Shown here: positions 53,301 through 64,000 of the stretch, piece after piece | Position numbering within the stretch: the stretch's first letter is position 1 | Layout of the letters: every line of letters starts with the position of its first letter | Assembly (NCBI GenBank): GCA_040954595.2 | Contig: CM082584.2 | Location: forward strand, 13,075,337-13,139,336 | Origin: Balanoglossus misakiensis | Lineage: Eukaryota; Animalia; Hemichordata | DNA: 64,000 nucleotides | Direction of reading: 5' to 3' | The notes under the pieces: model-generated | Seen by the model: only the letters and a program-made list of their open reading frames with translations | The model's database searches: none | Told to the model about the DNA's origin: nothing | Program-made: the position numbers and the translations under genes

Positions 53301-56300
53301 TGGCTAACAAGTTATTTTTATGATCTGCATTCAACGAATTGTATATATCGCTGTGTACATTTGAAACAAGTCTGTTCTTGTTTCAAGGCTGAAGATGGCG
53401 CCCTCTATATATAGTCTGCGTTTGAAGCATAAACGAAAGGGGAAAAGTGTGTGGAATTGCCAGATGTACTGGCACTTTGTTTATTATTGTCCGTGTTTGT
53501 TAACTGTATTGTCTGTGTTTATGTTTAGGCCCCTTTAGTCATGCCTCACAAAAGAGTGGTGGTTTTAGGAATGGCAGGACCAGGGGGTTATACTCTGTTT
53601 CTTGTCTTCTTTGCTTGAGGAGGCTGTTAACAGAACAGAACATGTGACAAAGAAAGGTTACGCAAAAAAAACAGATATTTCTTGTCTTTTACCTGTTGTT
53701 GTGGCATTCTCATCGGCCGCGGCCCGCCTGGATACCTCGGCGACATAAACGGCTGAGAAAAAAAGTAGAAGAGGGAATTAAGCATCAGCAAGCAAAAGAA
53801 TGACTGCAGGCTAGGATTTAAAAAATACAAGATGGCTTCTTTCCTTGTTATCAGTCTGGGAAGCTCAGTCATGGATTTGAGAACAATATTTAACTATCAT
53901 ATTCTACTATAATCAATAAGTTTTTTGTAAAATTCATTTATAAAAGAAGTTTACGTAGAAATCTGTTCAAAGGTGAAACAATCCTACCTGATTATTATCC
54001 ATCATTTGACTGTGTGGAGGTATCTGAAAAACAAATTAAGAAAGAAAAGAATGAATCAGAAGAAAGAGAGAATCAGGTGCAGATAACTAGACACAATGTG
54101 ATTCCAAACCCCGGGATAATGTTTACATGAAAAGACAATCTGTGTGAAGATGTAAAACTGAAATTAAATTGATGATGAATTAATAAGAACAGAGTTATTC
54201 AATAAATTAATGATTAAATGTATCTCACAACTTGACTTTCTTGTTGCAGGTTGGGAGTGTATGCCATGGAGGAGAGACGTAACAACCAAACTCACCTGAT
54301 TTTGTGGCATCATGGGATTATTTGGATGTGGAGGTTGTGGATGAGGGGATGGTTGTGATACTTGAGGTTGCTATGGAAACAGGACAGAAATGAAAAGAGG
54401 TAAGTTGCCGTCTTGAAATGGACCAGAGTTGGTTGTTGTTGTTAAATGTTCGGTTTTGGTGAAAGGCACCAGAAAAAGGAATTTCACAGCAAACTGTGCA
54501 ACACACTTCCCTGCCTCAATTTCTGAAATCTCAAGAAACCAATGCTGTGTCCAGGTAAATGTTTATACCAGGGCTCCCTGAGGTGTATCAATGCAACCAT
54601 ATTATTGGTAAATGGAAGAACCACCACAGTACCCAATTCACTTACTAATGTACCCCAGATAAACTTTTCTGAGATAAACTTCTATCAAATGTATTCAGAT
54701 ACAGAGGACAGAATTAATACTCCTCGTCATCTTTTGTTTCTGCTTCTGCCTCTACTTTAATATTCACGACAAACAGATGTTTGCATTTTAACCAAACAGA
54801 CAAATTTAGTTTCTCCACATCTACAATCTATTATTGGACCCTTACAGCAACCAGCAAATGTTAAGGTGCAATACACCTTTCAGAAATAATTTTGGCTCTA
54901 AAACATTCACTGAATAAATGTAATAAAATTCTTCACGAAAAGGGAAAGTGGTAGGGGATGCAAAAATTATTTTTAAAATTTATTTTTGTAGTGGTGTTCA
55001 TATCTTTCTATATTAACATCAACAACTGGTATTGTCTTCTGCTGATACCATTGCTATGACGTGTTTATCTGACACCGTTTTGCCAGCAGAGGGACAAGAT
55101 TCTGATGGTTTTGTTTGGGGTTTTTAAAGGGGAGGTGACATAACTAGATATTTGAGTTCATTGTGTACTAGTTAATGACTTGACAGTTGAGGTCAGAGGT
55201 CAAGGATTTAAGACTCCATACCCCAGTCTGCCTTTGAAACTTTTACTGAAAACCTGAATATTATCAGTATGCTTGCATAGTAAAAGATTTTAATTTGTCT
55301 CATACTTCCTTGTGAATGCACTGGCTTGCCAATAAATGATTCAAAATACCACAAACGGTTTTAGTAGGACATAAAAGCTGCATATTGCGAGTGTGTAAAT
55401 TTACAAATCAGTTACCCATGGGTTTTTTCGTTCGAAATGCTGTACATATTTTTCAAACCCAATAATAGTATGAATAGTAGAATCAGAGTGATATCTTTTT
55501 AATATTGTTTCCAAAGCCATTTTAAACAGGATTTGTACGTGTAGAGGCCTTTACATGAATTATTCATGGAACACTATATCACACCTGGTGTATGTTTTAA
55601 TAATATTTGCCTTGTGTGAGTAACAAGGTATGTTCAAAGTCTATTGTCAGTATAACACTAATCAAGTTGTTATGCTACAATTTCAAAATAATGTCCAGGT
55701 CATGAGACTTGCATTTTTTCTTGGACCACAACCCTGATCTGCAGCTAATGCAGTAACTTAGCAACAGTAATTTGGCAAGCACATAAAATACTGATACATG
55801 TGTAGCTATGAGATTGACTAGACCAGCATGTTGCAGACAGAAAAAGAGGAGGGGGAGGAGACATCGGGGGTGTAAAAATCATATAAAAATAAATCATGTG
55901 GGATATGGTATAAACCTTGGCATAGTGCCATCCAGATTTTATTTGCAGTAAAACACTCTGCAAAGGGTCGCCCACTCATCACCATGTTCAGTCATATTAA
56001 ATGATGAACAATAGCATGAAAATCTATCTGCAATAGCGTTAGGTCGAGCACACAGAAAGACCAACCAGAAATCCTACTTAACTTTAAATGTGTAGAGTAA
56101 CTTAGCTTTGTATTTTACAAATAGTCTCCCCTGACTTCAATATTTTCAATAACGTACATTCACAAATACACACAACTGATATACTAATTGGCCATAATAT
56201 TTCTGTTTACTGAAAACAGATTTAGTATATCCACAAATAACATATTTTTCCATAATTTACCGGTAGTAAGCAACAGGGAAGCTCAAATTTCTGCATCAAT

Positions 56301-59300
56301 GTCATGTCAGTTGCCTGGTCAAGTTCCTTTCAGAATTAGAAATGAATATAGGCCATGTATCATAATATTCAAACAAGATTGCTTCACCCTCTGGCTGTCA
56401 ATACTAGGTCGTCATTATTTTTAAAATAGTCAATGTCCAATTTTTATGTTATATGTTTAATACTTAGCAAAAATGCATCTGCGATATCAACTTTTTGTTA
56501 TCTGTTTTTTTATGTTACGATTGTCTGTGAATACCAAACCTCAATGTATTCCTAATTTCAAAATAACCCAGGGCAGAGAACTGACCTAGAATACCAGGAT
56601 ATTCCTATTTTGTGGTCGGCATTTTATGGAAGCAATGTCTTGTTTATAGATACCAGATAAGGCCATGTATCAATATCCTTAATCCTGTAAAACAGAACAT
56701 ATTGGTCTGCACTTGGGGTTAGAACAATATTCTATTCATTGGTTTATTACACCGAATCTGCTTTAACATCTGACCGCAAAGAATAATTTCACAGTTTCAA
56801 TTGCATTAGCACCATAACCTCAATTCTCAATTCATGCCATACTCTTGTATATGGGCACGGAGTATCTGTCCTGACAATTTCCTTATTTACACACCAGCCG
56901 AAATGGATGTGTGTCAAAGTCAACTAAAGAAAATACATCGGGATCACATCTCCTCTCAGTCTCACAAAAATGACCGGAACTGATCGGCCGCAGCAAAGCA
57001 ACCCTGAGTACCGCACAGGAAGTGAAACTCCTGAAACCCTACAAGTATCCACAGATTTTCCAAGTCCTGCTTTTCACAATCGAGTTCTTTGATGTTTTTT
57101 CCACCACTGCTGAAACATATTTGGGTCTCTGAGCTGTGCAATGGAAAAAGCAGTTGTATGAGCAAAGTAGACACATACAAAGTCCTAGTTTATGTAATTG
57201 TGTGACCCAGCGATGCCCAAAAAATCTAATGATGAAGAAACAAATAACTTTCATTTGTTGTTAAAAGAATAGAGTATTCATTTTTTTGGAGAGGTTGACT
57301 TAAAACTATTGATCAACTTTGCAAATAAGTACATAAATGTACCTTTATATACCTAAATCAATTTATTGATTTGAACTGGAATTTTTCAGGTCTGGTGAAG
57401 TGCAAACTACATGTAAGTTGCCATAGCACCAGGTTGCTGGTCTTGTGAAATAATGTGGAATTATGTCGCTTTCTGCAGCATGTTGTGGATCAATTTTGGT
57501 CAAAGAAATCAATTTTTACAGCAAAGCTGCTCAAATTATGCTGTGATGGAAAACTGAAAATATTCACCCAGAGTGGCTCGGTTAGACTTGACACAACTGA
57601 AAACAAAGCATCCATGAACAAGATTTACATCTTTAATATTATTCGAGCCCTCTGTCTAGATATTTTGTAGCTAGGATGTTCTGCTTTATCAGGAATCCAA
57701 AGACTAGTATTTAGAAAAGATTACTGCATCGGTAGCTTTAGTACTACACACTCCTCAGCTAATAAAGAACTATTGGGCAACAGTACAAAAGACGAGGCAT
57801 TGAAATGTAACACACGCTATCCCTTCTGATCACAGTAAGATGTTGATTTCATACTTCTTCCCAGCAGCCAATCCTGTCTTTCCAGGCAAATACTGAGGTG
57901 TACCAAACAAATTAAAAGCAATTAGCTTGAGGCAGGACAACATCAGATGCTTCTCTCCTTTGAGACACGCGGAGTGAAACACATGTCCCAATAGGGGCAA
58001 TCTGATTTATCTCTGAAATTAATTTTATAGTTTAACTGGGATATTTTAAGATGATTAAGTAATAGCACCCCATATCTTCATAATTGAAATGTAATCTCTG
58101 ATAATTAAGTTGTTTGTAGTGCTAATTACAAAGTAAACAATCTGATCAGATCACCACAGTGGTCTCCCACTTTCTCCTGAACTCTAGTTGCTTTGCTTCA
58201 AATAACCATTTTAAGAAAATTATCTTGGAATCTGAAAAGTGCCTCTGGCAAACCTGTTGGCATCTTCTACCCTGGATTACGAGAAATGTTGAAAGCCATC
58301 CAATTTGCAATATTAAGTTGCGACTTATTCAAATGCAAATGTTCTTACTGACGATGGAAAGCATCTGTTACAATGTTCAGTAAAGAGAAATGGTAGCACT
58401 ATACACAACACCCGATGCCTTTTGAACTGCAATCCCGGGCAATTTCCATTACATACAACACGGGAACACTGCATACACATCCATTTAACATTTGTTTTAT
58501 AAATAATTTGATTCTTACAAAAGCACAACTACCAACCTCTAGGTTCATATTCACAATCCTACCAAAATCAGATCTATTACCCATAATTTTAATACCAGTT
58601 TCAATTAGTCAGTTTCAATTATTCCCCGATATTATGGCTTTGTTCGAAACATTTGACGGTTACAAATATCCGCGTCTCATTACGTCTGGTCTGACCAATG
58701 ACAATCTGACCTTAAAACTTTGGTTGGCAACAAATCATCATATTCTAGAAGGACGAACAGCTTGCGCTAATCATCATGAAAGGCCCTTGTTTGTGTTCCA
58801 TGTGGCAGATTTTATACTTCGCTGCACCGTAAACAAGAATTTTCAGGTCCCTGGGTTGAGAAGATGGCAAGATTAATGAATTTCACTTCATTCAAATTTC
58901 AGTTTTGTAACAAGCTAACAGAAATCCAAGCCACTTCCATTAACACTGGTATGCCTAGAGTTTAGTCGGACTTTATTATTAAAATCAGAGAGGTCAGAGT
59001 TTGTACACTACCCTGCACACACTGTTTACGTAAGGTGGGGTCTGCTCTACAAACTAAACATGTCATGACAGAGAGAATCTATGATTTGATCAGACTACAA
59101 AATTGCAGGGAGAAAAAAACACATGCTTTTCACTTGTACGTTGCCTAGGTAATTTACAGGCACTTAGAACAAAAAACATCCCACATACAAAATGATGCCG
59201 TAGAGTACAAAATGTTCTCCAGTCCATTCCTACAGGTGTACTCAAGGGGCCGGATTTTCAATTGAATTTTGATTGTTTTTGGTCTGTCACTTTATGTGCC

Positions 59301-60766
59301 TTGAACGAGACAAGGGCTGATTTCCGGGTCACTTGAAATGGCCGCCGATTTTCAAAATCAAACACTCAATCCATGCTATATATCTAGTATGCCAATATGC
59401 TTTCCATATTAACAGAAATTGGAGAGAAATGCCTTTGTAATACACACGATATATACAACGCAATGAACAGTAGCACTATCCGAAACAACAACTGCCAATG
59501 TGTAGGCATGCAGTTATATTTATAGCTACTGTCTCCCAATAGAAAATGCAAATTGATAAAAATTTAATGCCTGTGTTTTTATGTCTGTATTCAAATTAGT
59601 CAGATTATCTACAACAGATGGGTTAGTATAACAGGCAAAATTTCTTCTTTTGACATTTATTTTTCATGTGATGTATTTTTTTCTGCTCAATGGAACATGT
59701 CCGTTGGTCAGTCAGTAATTATACACTGCTTGTATGGATAGATATTATGGGATATAGAAACCAGAAGAAAGGTCATTAGCACAAAATACAAGATAATTCA
59801 AACACAGCCTGATGACCTGGGTTGGAACTAGAACAGCCACAGTATCAGTCAGCCCTCGAACTATTCCAGAATAGACAAAGATACCTGGCATAGATCTACC
59901 GGATCAGAATATCTCTGTCCTCAATGCAGAGCCCACTAATAATTTTCTCGGACAGCTACTACATATCTAAGGGCCTGTTCATAGAGCTAAGATGAGAATA
60001 ACCTCCAAGTACTTCAACTGAAGTGTTACATGACTCGCATACGAAACCACACAATCCTACCTCTGACAGTTACTTCTAACTAATAAAATTTTCATGCTAC
60101 AACTTGCAACATTACAATATGCCCTAAAATGTCAACTGACTCATAACTTAGAAGCTCTAGTAATACCCTGGTACATTCGGGCCATGTGACTGTTAGTGAC
60201 CTTGACAATCATAAAGGTCACATGTTGATAATGACAATGGCAGGGAGGACTGCATATTCTTGGTGTGTTTCATGCATAATCAGCTTTGATCTTAAGCTAT
60301 GAATTACCCCATCTGTACTTTAACAGGACTATTTTTTTTGCTTTTCTCACACAGGGTCAAAGGGCATTACAGGATTTGTTTTCACCTGTATGGCAACGTG
60401 ATGAACATCACTATGGCGATGTTGGAATTGTACGTAAGTTTCAGAGCAATGAACTGTGGGAAAGTGCGTGTTCGTGTCGGTGTTCTGAAGCCTACAACCA
60501 TTTGTATCCAGACTTGAAGAAACTCCCACTCAGGAAGTGACGAAAGGTCAAAATGCTACCGTAGTTTTGTGTTCCTGTCAGAGTAGCTGTATTTCTTTTT
60601 GCAATTTTTGTTGTCGTGTTTAGGGCACAGACTATTATTCTACTTCCTTGCTGTAAAATCCCGGAGACAAATAGGAACTTACCTGAAAGAAACCAGGTGG
60701 CATTGGACCACCTGGCATTTCATTTGGGGGCATTTGACCTAAAACTGGACTTGGAGCAGCGGCACT
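33342..60766 (-). CDS. SSBP3: Single-stranded DNA-binding protein SSBP2/3/4 (Ssdp) ortholog, 3' part; N-terminal LisH/LUFS exons lie beyond the window
   Basis: Exons 60766-60683 (SAAAPSPVLGQMPPNEMPGGPMPPGFFQ), 54370-54296, 54023-53988, 53752-53693 (PFMSPRYPGGPRP), 51979-51913 (PPGGVPGSQPLLPNTMDPTRQQ), 38407-38343 (GHPNMGGPMQRMNPPRGM), 38221-38157, 38003-37964, 37771-37730, 37478-37424 (GPPGGGGPPGTPIMPSPQ), 35431-35361, 35129-35057, 34272-34151, 33452-33342. All GT-AG and phase-consistent. The symbol denotes the family, not a specific vertebrate paralog. Confidence 0.92.
33666..33694. repeat. (GA)n microsatellite
   Basis: Directly visible imperfect GA run. Confidence 0.85.
44316..44344. repeat. 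(CT)n microsatellite
   Basis: Directly visible. Confidence 0.9.
48233..48290. repeat. Exact 29-bp tandem duplication
   Basis: TCCTATTGGGGGAATTCCACTGAAACTGT x2 (48233-48261, 48262-48290). Confidence 0.9.
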
Positions 60767-61935
60767 CTGTTCAGAAAAAGAAAAGAATAAAGAAACACAT
60801 GGCAAACATAATGACATAATACTGCTGTCATGGTTACAAATTTGGACAAAATACTCATGTGACACGCTGCCATGGTGATATAATGACAGAAAATTGCTCT
60901 ATCAGATCAGCAGTGTTAATTTTCATAAAACGCAATGACAGCTATTTCTAGTATTTTGTATTGAATTTTATCTCTTCATACGTAATTTGTCTAATTTCAC
61001 AAAAATAAATTTGTCAGTCAAGAAGTCTGCTTCCAACCTTGGTGGTAAGTCAAGTCACAAAAAGCGAAAATTGACTAATATCACAAACATGGCAGCTTGT
61101 TGATCACATGACTACATTGCTCTGTGAAAGCACTGTCCTATTTTCAGAAATCAATTTTTCGCATTGCCATTTCCATCTCAATGGTTTTCATATCTTCTTA
61201 GCCGATTCCAACTATACTAATGAAACTTTGGTAGACATAAAAAAATGAATGCTAAACCACAAACTATTGTCATGCAGGTGCAGGCAGAGGTTAGTACGAT
61301 ATCTGATGATGCATTCTACAGTTGCCGTGGTAACATCTTACGGAACAAGGAATGAATTTATACACACACAATGCTGCGGTTGGATGAAATACTTTTAAAA
61401 AAATTAGACAGGAAATTTTTCACAGACAAACATGTTTTTGCAGCCAAACACTAACGACCAAGTAATTTTATTGCATTTAATCACTTACACAAAATTGCTG
61501 TCTTAAAATCTAATGCACTTTGTCAAACCATGAAGACAAAACACAATTTTTGGTTCAGAACATTGTGTTGTCTGTGCAGAGCTCGGTGCATAGGCCCTTA
61601 CCCGCCAGGCAACTGTAAGCTGCATCATCAATATTTAACTATCACTAAATATCATTTTCAAAACATAAACCACAATGTTAGTATCAGTAGAAAAAGAACT
61701 GAAAAGACTGTCCAATCGTTGAATAGTTTACTTTGTTGCAAATCATTGGCACTGAAATGGACAAGGACGATATTTCCACCACATCACCAGAAAAATCACA
61801 TGATCAAGAGACGCTATAGCCGAAAACTCCTAAAACACTTTGATGTTGGTTAACTGCAGAAACATATCAGGCTCTCTGCAAGTGATATTTCTGGTGAGCG
61901 TGGTTCAGAGATGCAGAGATCATCCAGTGGTAAAT

Positions 61936-62014
61936 GAACAAAGCCCTGTGATTGGTTCAAATGTACACATAACCTTCTCAGTTGAATACGTCTAACCAAT
62001 CACAGGCTGTGTTC
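61936..62014. repeat. Short inverted-repeat element (MITE-like)
   Basis: CCTGTGATTGGTT / AACCAATCACAGG 13-bp perfect arms with imperfect GAACA/TGTTC extension. Confidence 0.55.
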
Positions 62015-64000
62015 TGTCTGGAAACATCTGGGTTTTTTTAAGTTTGGAATAAAAAAGAAGTGAGATCATAGAATAAATGCGAGATTGGACAATCCTTCAG
62101 TATAGAAATAAAGAGACAGATGAACAAAAAAATAAAAGTGGGGGCAGAAGGGTGATGATGATTGCTTTGATAAATTAATAGTCCAAAATAAGGGAATTAA
62201 TAATATCAAATATAACTTGATAATTCACCTAATCAGCATTACAGTTCTATAGTAAATTTGTTCATTATAATTCTATGGCAAATTTATTATATTAGAACCT
62301 AACCTTATTCAATTTTGGTATTGAAAGAATTTGACTAGTCCTTACTTTAATTTTTGTTTCAAATGCATACAAATTTGTGCTTGTTTAAGAGTAATGTACA
62401 ACGCTGTCTTCAACACACTAATGTAAGTTAACTTGTTGCTCTATCTAATAAATGTCACAAACATTTTCTTTTCGAGTTTGAACGTAGCTACTCCAACATT
62501 AATGGATTGAATTTATTAAATCCATACAGCCTCCTGGAGGCTTACATCTCAACAATGGAGTAACGATGTGTCCGCATCTTCATCTATTTCCACACTCTTA
62601 GGGGGTACTTTCTAGCCTCCTAGCTTTGAATATATTAATTGGGCTGTGTTTACTTTCAATTGTGCAATGCTCCCCCGCTTGGCCAACAAATCACCTACAC
62701 AGAAACCCGCCTACAAGTTGCCAATGCTAAATAGCGGGAGTGTTCAAACATGACTCAACAGCCAGGGGCTGGTGACAAAGGGCCACAGCAGCGGGATGGG
62801 CAGCATTGACTAGAAGAGCATAATGCTCTTTCTTTCCTAAAATGTGACTATCTCTTACACTTCATCCCATTTTAATACATATTTAACACATCTGTCCTGT
62901 CAATGTACATAAGTTAAACAGTGACCTACACACAAAACATGGCAGTTTGCATTTAGGTGAGACAGAAGGTCATAAATAAACCCAGACAACGAACTCTATG
63001 AGAATCTCGTGCTTTCTCTCTTTTTTTTCAATTCTCTGAACCTGCTGGTATTAAAAGGCCACCCAAGGTTCACCATTGTTCTAGAATTGTAAAATAGGCC
63101 AACCGGTACACCAGACTTTCAATGGCACACTCATAGTGTCGAGTAAACGAGTCTAAAGGTACGCATAGTACCATCATGTAAAAAGGTGTAACTAGTACCT
63201 TTATTTTGTATTGACCACTGTTTATATTCCCTTTTCTTTTCACAAAAGGCGTCAAGCAAAGGTGACCCAGTCTCCCCTGCAGATACAGTTACTGATCTTT
63301 ATGGGTCCCAAGGTGAAATCGACATCACTGGCATAATGCCAGTATCCAATCAGAAGCCAGCTTTCATTGCACACATTCAAAACATAACTATGCCCCTCAG
63401 AGGTAACGCATCTGATCGCCAAGACTGAATGCTAATACAATTACAACCCACTTTAGTATTTATTTAAAATGACGAACAGAAAACTATTCTACAATAAATA
63501 TTTTACACCATCAAAATTTCGATTAATTATTGTGAAATGGGAAGATATTAAACAACCATAGAAACTAATGATTTACCATATTAGGAAAATTGATTTGAAC
63601 ACTATCACATACATGTACTCTCAGATGGCTCATTGTCATAATAACAGTCCACTGATATTTACATATTCTGCTAAGATACATCATTAACAGTGGGAGACTA
63701 AATTTCGACCCAAATTGGTCATCATGTCTTTTTATTCCCTATGAATTCATTGAATTCATTAACTGAAATCTCACCCTGACTTGAAGATCAATATTCCACC
63801 GACAATCCCAGCCCCAGCTACCATCCATTATTCACGCTACCGTATTCCGCATTCCTCAAGACGAATTTCGTTCCTCAAGAGGCGAAAAGACTTCCCCTGC
63901 AAACACCCACATCAGCGCATTTGCAAACAAATCATTTTTTGAGATACTGCCTAATACTGAATCTTCTGCGTCTCATGGAAATTTAAGGACTAACGATGAA

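Noticed and set aside
53565-53594. Possible extra (poison) SSBP exon SITPWSCHS*
   Set aside because: The acceptor lacks a polypyrimidine tract, and the chain 53693 to 51979 is already phase-consistent and matches the family sequence.

Overview
Eukaryotic (metazoan, probably marine invertebrate) genomic DNA with spliceosomal introns. The window opens with a ~7.87 kb array of an 87-bp satellite (~90 copies). It is followed by DBF4 (5 exons, minus strand) and DNAJC14 (11 coding exons, minus strand). Next comes a tail-to-tail pair of paralogous Roco-family (Roc-COR) genes, then the 3' part of an SSBP/Ssdp gene (14 coding exons in the window, minus strand, 5' end beyond the window). The most unusual feature is the Roco pair. 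Both proteins lack the usual N-terminal LRR/ankyrin repeats and any kinase. Instead they carry a ~270-300 aa multi-pass hydrophobic domain inserted inside the Roc GTPase, between the G2 and G3 motifs. One paralog ends in a spliced death domain; the other has no death domain and a DFAGQ>DFAGD change. This suggests a membrane-embedded GTPase receptor/regulator pair (inference). All exon models were built by eye from GT-AG sites and reading-frame continuity; no database searches were run.
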